The notes: generated by a model not told the origin, from the letters alone. Counted from the first letter of the whole stretch, positions 20,470-30,220 are shown. The stretch: DNA of 63,499 nucleotides, filler included, from an uncultured Methanosarcinales archaeon (GCA_964645415.1; 5 parts of 5 records of this genome joined end to end with filler, not necessarily neighbours in it); one strand, 5' to 3'. Numbers and translations are program-made.

Positions 20470-20680
20470 CTACATACTAAAGAAAATTCAAGTTATATGC
20501 TAAAGAGTGTTTAAAGTAATGTTAAAACAGATAGAGTTTTATGCTAAAGAAATTTTTATTCGTTGAATTGTCTTTCAGAATATAGATATCTAAAAATTTT
20601 TAATTTTTAGGCCCTAAAAACTCTGTTTTTAGATATCAAAATCATCTAATTCATAAGTTCGGATTTTGTAACAAAATCCT
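20470..20680. repeat. Palindrome-rich intergenic block sharing modules with the dispersed repeat family
   Basis: Nested inverted repeats GATATCTAAAAA...TTTTTAGATATC around TTTTTAGG-C-CCTAAAAA; GGATTTTGT-A-ACAAAATCC; shared TCAAAATCATCTAA and CTAAAGA modules. Confidence 0.6.
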
Positions 20681-20816
20681 CTTAAATGATAATATTTATC
20701 ATGATTATTTTTGTTTAATATGTATCTAAAAATTTTCACAAATATTGGAATAATTTAGATTTGAAAAAACAAAATAATTTTTATATCTTTTTCTATTTCT
20801 ATAATAATAGGATAAT

Positions 20817-23309
20817 ATGGATAACATTAAAGAATTAAAGAAAAATGCTACTCCAGCAATGAAACAGTATCTTAACATAAAAGAAGATTATCCAGAACAT
20901 ATAGTCTTATTTAGGATGGGTGATTTTTATGAAACTTTCTATGAAGATGCAAAAAGGGCATCAAAAGAGCTTGGAATCACTTTAACTAAAAGAGGTAATG
21001 ATGAAGTTCCTTTAGCAGGAATTCCTTATAGATCATTAGATCAATATTTATCTAAAATAATTGAAAAAAGAATTAAAGCAGTAATTGTTGAACAATTAGA
21101 AGATCCTAAAGAAGCAAAAGGTGTAGTAAAGAGAGGAGTTATTAAAGAAGTAACTCCTGGAACAATGGATCTTACAGAGTATATGGATGAAAGAGAACCA
21201 AATTATATTTCTTCAATTTATTTTAAAAAGAACAAAGTATATGCATCATTTGCTGATATTACAACATCTGATTTTTTTGTTACAAGTAATTTAAAGAATA
21301 AATTAAAAGATATTATTAATAAATTTGATCCACAAGAAATTGTTGTTGGTAAGACACAATTCATGAATAATCATGATAAAATCTCTTCATTAAGAGAAGA
21401 AATTACTATATCAACAGTAGATGATAGATGTTTTAATAAAAATTTTGCAGAAAAAATATTTAATGAATCAATTCAAAAGAATCTAAAAAATTCTAATTTG
21501 AAAAAAGAAGAAATAACTGTTTGTGGAGGATTATTCTCTTACTTGAGAAAAACACAAAAAGGAGATTTACCTCAATTAAGAGAAATTAAAAGATTTAGAA
21601 ATACAAAAAAGATGAACATAGATCGGTTCACACAAAGAAACTTAGAGTTAACTAAGAATTTATATGATTATACAAAAAAAGATACTTTAATTTCAGTGAT
21701 TGATGAAACAGCTACACCTATGGGATCTAGAAAATTAAAAAAAATAATTGTTGCTCCATTGACTGAAAAAAATAAAATAGAAGAAAGATTGGAATTAGTT
21801 GAATATTTTTATAATAAAGAACTATTATTAGAAAAATTATATGATTTAATGAATCAAATAGGAGATATTGAAAGAAACTTCTTTAAAATAACTAATAAAA
21901 GAATAAATCCTAAAGATTTATATGGATTAAAACTAAGTATTGAAAAAACATATGAAATGTTAAATTTAGTTGATGAAGAAATATTAGATGATTTAATTAA
22001 AGGTTCAACTAAAACTAAAAAAGAAAATATCTTTAAAACACTAGAAGAGTTGTATGAATTCATTGATGAATCAATAATAGATGATCCTATTAATAATTTC
22101 GAAAAAAGAATAATAAAAGAAGGTTACAGCGAAGAATTAGATGAAATTCTTAAAATCTCAGAAAATGCAAGAGAATGGATAAAGGATTTTGAAGAAAGAG
22201 AAAAAGAAAAAACAAACTTAAAAAGCTTAAAAGTTGGATATAATAAAGTCCATGGTTATTATATAGAAGTAAGTAAAAAACAATCAGATAAAGTTCCAGA
22301 AAAATATGATAGAAAACAAACATTAAAAAAATCAGAAAGATATATTACAACAGAATTAAAAGAAAAAGAGAATACAATTCTAAATTCAAAAGAAAGAGTT
22401 CTAAATTTACAAAAAAGAGTATTTGATGAAGTTTTAGAAACAATAAAAACTTTTTCAGATGATTTTAAAAAAATAATTGATGTTATTTCATATCTTGATA
22501 TTGTAACTAATTTTTCAAAAATAGCAAGAAAAAATGATTATATTAAACCAGAATTTACTGAAAGTGAATTTGAAATAAAAAAAGGTAGACACCCTGTTGT
22601 TGAAAAAAGTGTAGAGAATTTTGTATCTAATGATATAAATATGGGAAATAATGAGTTAATGATTTTAACAGGTCCTAATATGGCAGGAAAATCAACATTT
22701 ATGAGACAAAACGCATTAATTGTTGTTATGGCACAAATAGGATCATATGTACCTTGTGAAAGTATTAAACTACCTGTTTTTGATAGAGTTTTTGTGAGAA
22801 TGGGAGCAAGAGATGATATTAGTTCAGGAAAAAGTACATTTTTAGTTGAAATGGAAGAAACAAAAGAGATATTAGATAATGCAACAAAAGATAGCTTTAT
22901 TGTTATAGATGAATTAGGAAGAGGAACAAGTACTTTTGATGGGATTAGTATTGCATGGAGTGTAGCTGAAGAAATTTCTCAGAACATAAAAGCAAGATGT
23001 ATCTTTGCAACACATTATCATTATTTAAACCAGTTATCTTTAAAGTATGAAAATGTGAAAAATAATAAAATAATTGTAAAAGAAAAAGATGGAGAGATTT
23101 ATTTTGTTCATAAAGTTAAGAAAGGTGGAGCAGATAAAAGTTATGGAGTAGAAGTTGCTAAAATAGCTGGATTAAAAAAAGATGTAATTACAAGAGCAAA
23201 AGATATACAAACAATGTTTGAAAAAGAAGCAAATATTAAAGTAATTGATGAGATGACAAAAAGAAACGGTAAAGAAACTCAACTTAATTTAAGAGACTTA
23301 TTTGGATAA
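20817..23309 (+). CDS. mutS: DNA mismatch repair protein MutS1
   Basis: TPAMKQY, FRMGDFYETF, TGPNMAGKST, STFLVEM, DELGRGTST, FATHY, SYGVEVA. Confidence 0.96.
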   Translation: MDNIKELKKNATPAMKQYLNIKEDYPEHIVLFRMGDFYETFYEDAKRASKELGITLTKRGNDEVPLAGIPYRSLDQYLSKIIEKRIKAVIVEQLEDPKEAKGVVKRGVIKEVTPGTMDLTEYMDEREPNYISSIYFKKNKVYASFADITTSDFFVTSNLKNKLKDIINKFDPQEIVVGKTQFMNNHDKISSLREEITISTVDDRCFNKNFAEKIFNESIQKNLKNSNLKKEEITVCGGLFSYLRKTQKGDLPQLREIKRFRNTKKMNIDRFTQRNLELTKNLYDYTKKDTLISVIDETATPMGSRKLKKIIVAPLTEKNKIEERLELVEYFYNKELLLEKLYDLMNQIGDIERNFFKITNKRINPKDLYGLKLSIEKTYEMLNLVDEEILDDLIKGSTKTKKENIFKTLEELYEFIDESIIDDPINNFEKRIIKEGYSEELDEILKISENAREWIKDFEEREKEKTNLKSLKVGYNKVHGYYIEVSKKQSDKVPEKYDRKQTLKKSERYITTELKEKENTILNSKERVLNLQKRVFDEVLETIKTFSDDFKKIIDVISYLDIVTNFSKIARKNDYIKPEFTESEFEIKKGRHPVVEKSVENFVSNDINMGNNELMILTGPNMAGKSTFMRQNALIVVMAQIGSYVPCESIKLPVFDRVFVRMGARDDISSGKSTFLVEMEETKEILDNATKDSFIVIDELGRGTSTFDGISIAWSVAEEISQNIKARCIFATHYHYLNQLSLKYENVKNNKIIVKEKDGEIYFVHKVKKGGADKSYGVEVAKIAGLKKDVITRAKDIQTMFEKEANIKVIDEMTKRNGKETQLNLRDLFG

Positions 23310-23997
23310 AATGGAATCAGGAATTGATGAAGCAGGGAGAGGACCGGTAATAGGACCAATGGTAATTGTTGGCATAAAAAGTGATGTTGAACCATTAAAA
23401 GAATTAAATGTTAATGATTCAAAATTAATTAAGAAAGAAAAAAGAGAATCATTATTTAATGATATTTTATCTGTAATTGATGATTATTCAACAAAAGTAA
23501 TTAGTCCTGAAGAGATTGATAAGTCTGTATTATCACAAGATTCAAATCTTAATAAATTAGAGTTCCAAAATTTTTATGAAATTATTTTAGAACTAAGACC
23601 AAAAAAAATTATAATAGATTGTCCTATCTCAAATAATACAAATTTTTTATATAAGTTTTCAAAGTATTTTGAAGAAGTATTAAATGAAAAAGGAACTGTT
23701 AAAGAAAATAGGCTTAATTTTAAAGAGATGGAAATTATTGCAGAAAACAAAGCCGATGAAAAATATCCTATTGTTAGTGGAGCATCAATTATTGCAAAAG
23801 TGATAAGAGATAGAGAAATAGAAAAAATCAAAGATGAAATTGGTTTCGACTTTGGATCAGGTTATCCTAGCGATCCTAAGACAAAAGAATTTATTAAAGA
23901 AAATTGGGATAAATACGATAATATCTTTAGAAAAAGTTGGACAACATGGAAAAGACTTAAGAGAAAAAAGTCTCAAAATAATTTATTAGATTATTAA
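23302..23997 (+). CDS. rnhB: Ribonuclease HII
   Basis: GIDEAGRGPVIGPM, DSK, KAD..YPIVSGASIIAKV.RD, GSGYPSDP, RKSW. Confidence 0.96.
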   Translation: MDKMESGIDEAGRGPVIGPMVIVGIKSDVEPLKELNVNDSKLIKKEKRESLFNDILSVIDDYSTKVISPEEIDKSVLSQDSNLNKLEFQNFYEIILELRPKKIIIDCPISNNTNFLYKFSKYFEEVLNEKGTVKENRLNFKEMEIIAENKADEKYPIVSGASIIAKVIRDREIEKIKDEIGFDFGSGYPSDPKTKEFIKENWDKYDNIFRKSWTTWKRLKRKKSQNNLLDY

Positions 23998-24128
23998 GTA
24001 TAGCTTTAAAAATATTCTCTCAAAATTTAAAAAATTCAAAACAAACAAGTTATTTTTTAATTCTAAGTTATATGATATTTGAAAATTCTAAATGAAAATT
24101 AAAAAGATATTTTATAGAAATAAAGAAT

Positions 24129-24393
24129 GCGGCGAGGCTAAAATCGATAGGGGATAGAAAGATGGCTACACTCTTCAGCTCCACTCCGCGCCCCTACAAG
24201 CACGCACTATAATACTTAGAGCTGCTTCATTCCTGACCTGACTCAATTCATATTATAACACGTCTAGTAGGACAGAGCTTCGACACCTACAAATGTAGAC
24301 AAACTAACTATCCAACTATCTTTTTTAGCTTTTCGGTCCCACCATATAGTCCAGTTGTGGTTAAAGTGTGGACTAGCCACTTGACCTAGCCGC
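24129..24393 (-). ncRNA. ffs: Archaeal SRP (7S) RNA
   Basis: Minus strand: helix 1 GCGGC/GCCGC; Alu domain with AGUCC/GGACU kissing loops; helix 8 GAGU-CAGG-UCA-GGAA-UGA-AGCA-GCUC; TATA-like element about 25 nt upstream; GC-rich against the background. Confidence 0.93.
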
Positions 24394-24501
24394 AATTTGA
24401 TAAAGACATCATAATATATAAATTAATTGATAAGTATAGAAAAATTTCTTATTAGATAATAGTAACACAAAAATAAAAAGATAAAATAGTCAAATAAAGA
24501 T

Positions 24502-25749
24502 ATGGGGTCTTTAGATAAAGAATTAAAAAATCAGTACTTAAAACTAAAATCTGAATTAGCTGATGATGACGAAAAAAAAAGAATGTTGAATACTGTTAAG
24601 ACCAATACAAATAATTTAGAAAATAAAAAGAGTCAAAAAGAAATATTAAATAATTTAATTAAAAAATACAGAAAAGAAAATCATAAAGTTAAAAGATTAA
24701 AAAAACAACTTCAAAAGAAAATTAAACAATTTGAAAGAGTAGAAGAGATAGAAAATAAGTTAAATAAAAAAGAAGAAGAATTAAAAAAAGACAGAATAGA
24801 ATTTCTAAAAGAAAAAAATAACACATTAGAAGAATTAAATTCTAAAAAAGTCAATCTTGAAAAAAAGGAAGAAGAATTAAAAGAAAAAGAAGAGAAAATA
24901 AATTTTGAAAAAGATATTATTTCTAAAAACAACTTTAAATATGATAACAAACATTTAGAATCATTAAAAAATGTTTTAAATAAAGAAAAAGAAGTTCAAG
25001 AATTGAAAAAAGAGATTAAAGATGAAAAAGTAAAAATTGAAATGAAAAAAGATGAATTAGAAGAACTTAATGAAGAGTTAAAGGATGAGAGAAATAGATT
25101 AAACAATTGGAGAAAAGAACTAATAAAAAGAGAAGATGAGATTACATATAGAGAATATAAAATTAAGAAAGAAAAAGAAGAAATCAACCAAGATTTGGAT
25201 AAAATAGATAAAGAAGAGCTAAAAGAAAATTTAAATGAAGATAGCTTTGAATCATTAAATAATATCAAAGAAACATTAAATAAAATAGAGAAAAAAGAAA
25301 AAGACATAACTTTAAAAGAAGAATCAATTAGAAAGGAAAAAGAAAAAGTAAAAGAAACATTAAATAAAGTTGAAAAGATAATTAATAAAAATGAAGAAAA
25401 ATTAAAAACAACTATTAAAAAACTAAAAGAAAAAGAAAATAAGTTGGTTAAAAAAGAAGAAAAAATAAAAGAAAAAGAAAACAAATTAAATAAAGGTGAA
25501 ATGACAGAGCTTAATAAAAAGATAAAAAAAGCTAAAAAAGAAGTTGAAAAATATCAAACTGAGTCAAGAAAAATAAAATCTGATATTCACCATAAGTTAA
25601 GAAAAATAAAAGAAAAAGAAAAAATAATTAATGAAAAAGAAAAAAATCTAAGTTTAAAAGAAAATAAACTTAAAAAAAGAGAGAAAAAGATAGAGAAATT
25701 AAAAGAAAAAACATTAGGTATAATAAAAAAAGTAGAAAATGATAAATGA
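24502..25749 (+). CDS. Long Lys/Glu-rich coiled-coil protein
   Basis: 415 aa, nearly all heptad K/E repeats; no catalytic motifs. Confidence 0.75.
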   Translation: MGSLDKELKNQYLKLKSELADDDEKKRMLNTVKTNTNNLENKKSQKEILNNLIKKYRKENHKVKRLKKQLQKKIKQFERVEEIENKLNKKEEELKKDRIEFLKEKNNTLEELNSKKVNLEKKEEELKEKEEKINFEKDIISKNNFKYDNKHLESLKNVLNKEKEVQELKKEIKDEKVKIEMKKDELEELNEELKDERNRLNNWRKELIKREDEITYREYKIKKEKEEINQDLDKIDKEELKENLNEDSFESLNNIKETLNKIEKKEKDITLKEESIRKEKEKVKETLNKVEKIINKNEEKLKTTIKKLKEKENKLVKKEEKIKEKENKLNKGEMTELNKKIKKAKKEVEKYQTESRKIKSDIHHKLRKIKEKEKIINEKEKNLSLKENKLKKREKKIEKLKEKTLGIIKKVENDK

Positions 25750-25766
25750 GAATATAGGTTTTTAAC

Positions 25767-27743
25767 ATGAAAAATTATAATTATCAATGGGAAATTAATT
25801 CAAAAAAGAAAAATAATTCTTTAAACATAAATGACTTTGAGAGAAGTTATGGACCTAAAGTTATTAAAAGAGATGATAAAGGAAAAGCAAAAGAAGTAGA
25901 AATTAATATTTTATTAAAAAATTCTAATGTCGAACTTTTTCTTGTTGGTGAATTTAACCAATGGGGAAAAAAATATATAGAGAAATATAAGTTTAAACAA
26001 GATAATAAAGGAATTGCTTGTATAAAAACAAATAAAATCAAACATAAAACAAAATATAAAATAATGTGGAAAAAAGGTTCTGAAAAAAAATTCTTCCAAG
26101 ATCCAGCATCATATTATTTTGATGATTTAGGAAATAGTATTTTTTGGGATTTTGAAGATCCTAATTCTTATAATATGAAAACTGATTTCATCAATAATTT
26201 TGATCGATCTGTCAAAATAGTTCAAACTGAATTAAGTGGACTTATTAGCCATTGGTGTAATAAAAAAGGAATTTGTGGAAATCAAATTCCAAAAAAGGAC
26301 TATTATAAATTTATAACAAATTCAGGCGTAATTAAAGAATTAAAAGATCTTGGATTTAATACGATTCAATTTTTACCATTAAATCAAAGTATTGATGGAG
26401 ATAATTGGAAATATAGATACTTAATTCCTTTTCATTATGCAATACAAAAAAACTGGGGTACCCCAGATGATTTTGCAGAGATGGTTGATGAATTTCATAA
26501 ACATGGAATTGCAGTAATAAATGATTTTATAATTAGTCACCTTCCACATAAAGACTTTGAAATATTTGGTTTAAAGTGTGATGAAAATGGAATACATCAA
26601 TGGATAAAAGAAGACAATGAAAGGTTATACATGAAAGATAATACTCATTGGGGAACAAAAAGAATAAATTTTGATGATAAAGAGATAAGAAGATTTTTTA
26701 TTGAAAGTGCAATAGATATGATGAAGAATTACAGATTAGATGGTTTTAGAATAGATAATGTTGATGGGATAATTAGATATGGACCTAATGGTAGAGGAGA
26801 TGAAAGACCTAATGGTAGAACATTTCTTCGTGAATTAAATAAAGAAATTTACAAATATAATCGTTTTTCAATGATTAATTTTGAAGCTCATTATTTTAAA
26901 GATGAAAATGCAAAATTATTAGTAGCTCCTTTTGATGAAGATGAAAGAGCATTAGGAGCAACAGCATATAATAGTTCAAGAATGACATATTATTTTCACA
27001 AAGAATTTATGATTGAAGACGCCAAAAAGATAAGTGCTTGGAGGTTTAAACATATTCTTGAAGAAAAAGAGTGGGGAAAATCAAATTCAGTTGTTGCAGA
27101 TTTTCACAATCATGATGCTGCAGCAGGATTAATGGATGGAAGATGTACTGGATCTTATGCATATGATGCAATGACACATAATAATCCTCACAATCATATA
27201 CATGCAATTGGTAAGATAAAAGTGATGGAAGCAATAATTTCTTTTATGTGTGAAGGTAGAACTTTAGATTTAATTCAAAGTCATTTATTACAAGAAGGAA
27301 CTTTTGAACATGATTGCTCAGTTCAATGGCATCTAAGATTTCATCAAGCAAATAAAAACTGTTTAAATTTTAAAAAAGAAGTTAATAAAATCATGGATCA
27401 TCCTGCGTTTTGGCCAAAAAACGTTGATAAGAGAAAAATTTTAAATGTTGATGATGAAAATAAAATTCTAGTTATTAAAAGATCTTCTAAAGATGAAAGT
27501 TATTTAATTGTAATTAGTCTTTCTTCATGGATACATCATAATTATAAAGTCGGATTAGATAATAAAAAAGACTATAAATTAGTATTAAACTCAGATTTAT
27601 TTGAATATTCTGGTTTTGGGATGATAGGTTTACCTAAAGAATTTGAAAACAAACCTAGTAATAATTTTGAATTACTTGAAAGAGAAATAGAAATACCTAA
27701 GTTAGCTCCATATCATGTTATTGTTCTAAAAGAAATGAATTAG
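25767..27743 (+). CDS. glgB: 1,4-alpha-glucan branching enzyme (GH13)
   Basis: LVGEFNQW, WGTPDDF..MVDEFHKHGIAVI.D, THWGT, LDGFRID.V, NHD, YKLVLNSD..EYSG. Confidence 0.88.
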   Translation: MKNYNYQWEINSKKKNNSLNINDFERSYGPKVIKRDDKGKAKEVEINILLKNSNVELFLVGEFNQWGKKYIEKYKFKQDNKGIACIKTNKIKHKTKYKIMWKKGSEKKFFQDPASYYFDDLGNSIFWDFEDPNSYNMKTDFINNFDRSVKIVQTELSGLISHWCNKKGICGNQIPKKDYYKFITNSGVIKELKDLGFNTIQFLPLNQSIDGDNWKYRYLIPFHYAIQKNWGTPDDFAEMVDEFHKHGIAVINDFIISHLPHKDFEIFGLKCDENGIHQWIKEDNERLYMKDNTHWGTKRINFDDKEIRRFFIESAIDMMKNYRLDGFRIDNVDGIIRYGPNGRGDERPNGRTFLRELNKEIYKYNRFSMINFEAHYFKDENAKLLVAPFDEDERALGATAYNSSRMTYYFHKEFMIEDAKKISAWRFKHILEEKEWGKSNSVVADFHNHDAAAGLMDGRCTGSYAYDAMTHNNPHNHIHAIGKIKVMEAIISFMCEGRTLDLIQSHLLQEGTFEHDCSVQWHLRFHQANKNCLNFKKEVNKIMDHPAFWPKNVDKRKILNVDDENKILVIKRSSKDESYLIVISLSSWIHHNYKVGLDNKKDYKLVLNSDLFEYSGFGMIGLPKEFENKPSNNFELLEREIEIPKLAPYHVIVLKEMN

Positions 27744-27750
27744 AAAAATG

Positions 27751-28001
27751 GTGGTTTCACCAGGATTGTTTTAATAACATATTATTTTTCACTTATTAGC
27801 TCACTTACCTTATTAAATAAATATTTAACTTCAGAGTCATCTATTTTCTAGTCTAACTCTTCTTCATCAAATACTTACCCATAAAGTAAGCTTATACGCT
27901 AATATTAGCTAATAGTAATATGTTATTTCCTCTCCTGGTTTTTCGGTCTCATCATAAAGTCCTGATGAAATAGGTAATGACTAAATACCCGACCTAACCA
28001 C
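27751..28001 (-). ncRNA. SRP-RNA-like paralog (intact Alu domain, degenerate helix 8)
   Basis: GUGGUU/AACCAC, GGUC/GACC, GGGUA/UACCU, UCAUCA/UGAUGA, AGUC/GACU loop complementarity, GACCGAAAA junction, CCAGGA/UCCUGG, 12-bp AAUAACAUAUUA/UAAUAUGUUAUU; TATA about 25 nt upstream; T-run downstream. Confidence 0.8.
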
Positions 28002-28072
28002 TATAGTATATACGTAAAAATAGATATATAAATTTTATGATAAAATAACAAAGAAAAGTTAAAAAAAACTAT

Positions 28073-28442
28073 TTACTCATACCTTAATGCATCAACAGGA
28101 TTTATTTTACTTGCTTTCATTGCTGGTCTAAGTCCTGATAACATTCCAACAATTACAGAAAAAGCCAAAAGTCCAACAGCTTGCATTATTTCAAATTCTA
28201 TTCTGAAAACTGTTAAGTCAAAAAAGTTTAATAGAATATATTCAGCACTCATTGATAAACCTAAACCCAAACTCAAACCAATAAGTCCTCCAATCATACC
28301 TAAAAAACCTGCTTCAACTAAAAAAATAGTCATTACGTCTTCATTTCTAGCTCCCATAGATTTCATAATTCCAATCTCACGAAAACGATTTAAAACAGAA
28401 GAATACATTGTACTTGCAATACTTACAGCACTAACTAAAAGT
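28073..28442 (-). CDS. ABC transporter permease (MacB/FtsX family), C-terminal fragment cut by the gap
   Basis: MYSSVLNRFREIGIMKSMGA, FLVEAG, PAMKASKINPVDALRYE; frame stays open to the gap. Confidence 0.9.
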
Positions 28443-28565
28443 NNNNNNNNNNNNNNNNNNNNNNNNNNNNNNNNNNNNNNNNNNNNTTAATTAATTAANN
28501 NNNNNNNNNNNNNNNNNNNNNNNNNNNNNNNNNNNNNNNNNNTGATAAAGATTGAGATAAAATGA

Positions 28566-29396
28566 ATGAAAAACTATAAAAATGAAATAAGATTTATTAA
28601 ATCTATTATGGATATTGAGTTGTTTTGGGAAGAATCTGTAGAAAAAAATGCTGAAAGATATTATAATAAAGCAAAGAAACTAAAAGGAAAAATCGATGGA
28701 GTCCATAAAGCAATTGATATTCTAAAAGAGAAAATAAAACATTCTGAAAAAAGACATAAAAAAAGAAAAAGACTAAGAAATACTAAAAAAGAATGGTATG
28801 AAAAATTTAGATGGTTTTTTACTTCTAATGGAAACTTATGTATTGCAGGTAGAAGTGCTCATACAAATGAAATGGTAATAAAAAAATATCTAGAAGATAA
28901 TGATTTAGTATTTCATACTACAATGCCAAAAAGTCCTTTTGGTGTTCTCAAAGATGGAAAAGATGCATCAAAAGAAGAACTACAAGAAGTAGCTAACTTT
29001 ATTGCAAGTTATTCTAATGCATGGGAAAGAGGCTTAGGTTCAACTGATGTATTTTATGTGAATCCTGATCAAGTAACTAAAGAAGCACAAGCAGGAGAAT
29101 ATATGGGGACAGGATCATTTATGATTTATGGTGAAAAAAACTTTTTAGTAGGTAGAATTAATTTATGTGCAACTTTAATGAATAAAAAAATAACATGTGC
29201 TCCTCAAAGTGCTTGTGATGAAGATTTTATCGTAAAAATAGTACCTGGAACAACTAAAGTTAGTAGAGTTGCTAAAAAAATAAAAAGTATATATAAATAT
29301 GCAAATTTAGATGAAGTAATTAGAGTGTTACCTGGTGAAGCAAACATTATAGAAACTTCTGTTAATAGAGATAAAATTGATGAATTAAGGTCTTAA
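28566..29396 (+). CDS. NFACT-R / Rqc2-like RNA-binding protein (short form; start may be ATG 28608)
   Basis: NAERYYNKAKK, WYEKFRWFFTS, AGRSAHTNE, QVTKEAQAGEYMGTGSFMIYGEKN. Confidence 0.88.
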   Translation: MKNYKNEIRFIKSIMDIELFWEESVEKNAERYYNKAKKLKGKIDGVHKAIDILKEKIKHSEKRHKKRKRLRNTKKEWYEKFRWFFTSNGNLCIAGRSAHTNEMVIKKYLEDNDLVFHTTMPKSPFGVLKDGKDASKEELQEVANFIASYSNAWERGLGSTDVFYVNPDQVTKEAQAGEYMGTGSFMIYGEKNFLVGRINLCATLMNKKITCAPQSACDEDFIVKIVPGTTKVSRVAKKIKSIYKYANLDEVIRVLPGEANIIETSVNRDKIDELRS

Positions 29397-29500
29397 ATCT
29401 AATACAAACATTTATAAATAAATTTACATTTCAGTTTTTGGAACCTTATGAATTAAATTAAGATTATAGGTTCTAGAAGGTAAAACTTTTTTTAATATAG

Positions 29501-29815
29501 GTGATATTTATGAAAATGCCAAAAAAGATTAGAACTCATTGTCCAAACTGTAATAAACATACAGAGCACAGGGTTAAAAAGAATTCAAGAAAACCTGCTA
29601 GCTCAATGAAGAGAGGATCTAAACACAGAGCAAAAAAGAGAGGTCAAGCAAGAGGTCATGGTAATCAAGGAACTTTTTCAAAACCTGCAATTGGAGGTTT
29701 TAAGATGACCGGTGCAAAGACTTCTAGAAAATGGGATATTAGATTAACCTGTAGTAAATGTAAAAAAACACAAGCAAAAAGTACTGCGAGAGCTAGAAGA
29801 TTACAATTTGAATAA
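29501..29815 (+). CDS. rpl44e: 50S ribosomal protein L44e (probable start ATG 29510)
   Basis: MKMPKKIRTHCPNCNKHTEH...LTCSKCKK. Confidence 0.95.
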   Translation: MIFMKMPKKIRTHCPNCNKHTEHRVKKNSRKPASSMKRGSKHRAKKRGQARGHGNQGTFSKPAIGGFKMTGAKTSRKWDIRLTCSKCKKTQAKSTARARRLQFE

Positions 29816-29827
29816 AGGTGATTAAAT

Positions 29828-30220
29828 ATGAATTATAGACAATCAACAGTTAATAAATTAAAGAAAGGTAGTTATGTTGTTTTAGATGATGCAGCTTGTA
29901 AGGTGAAAAACATTAGTATTTCCTCACCTGGAAAGCATGGTTCTGCAAAAGCTAAGATCAAAGCTGTTGGTTTAATTGATGAAAAGAAGAGAATTGTTGT
30001 TAAATCTGTAAAAGACAACATTAAAGTTCCTATCGTAGAAAAAAAAGATGCTCAAGTATTATCTGTATCCGGTGATACCGCAAATGTTATGGATATGGAA
30101 ACTTATGAAACTTTTGACCTAGAAGTTCCTGATGAATTAAAAGATGACATTGAACCAAATGGAAAAGTCATCTATTGGAATGTTCTTGGTGAAAAAGTAA
30201 TGAGAGAAGTTAAAAATTAG
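29828..30220 (+). CDS. eif5a: Translation factor aIF5A
   Basis: Hypusine loop SPGKHGSAK; MDMETYETF. Confidence 0.96.
   Translation: MNYRQSTVNKLKKGSYVVLDDAACKVKNISISSPGKHGSAKAKIKAVGLIDEKKRIVVKSVKDNIKVPIVEKKDAQVLSVSGDTANVMDMETYETFDLEVPDELKDDIEPNGKVIYWNVLGEKVMREVKN

Noticed and set aside
24711..25787. Antisense Phe/Ser-rich ORFs (and similar shadows at 1734, 7474, 13748, 15861, 16192, 19003, 21854, 23574, 25847, 25914, 27046, 32395, 33219, 37671, 38577, 44528, 48225, 49641, 50973, 53453, 54298, 59173, 61411)
   Set aside because: Shadow frames of well-supported genes in AT-rich DNA, with no motifs of their own.
27751..28001. RNase P RNA as the identity of the second structured RNA
   Set aside because: No P4 signatures (GAGGAAAGUCC, AAACAGAA..GGCUUA) in a proper context; the architecture matches the neighbouring SRP RNA.
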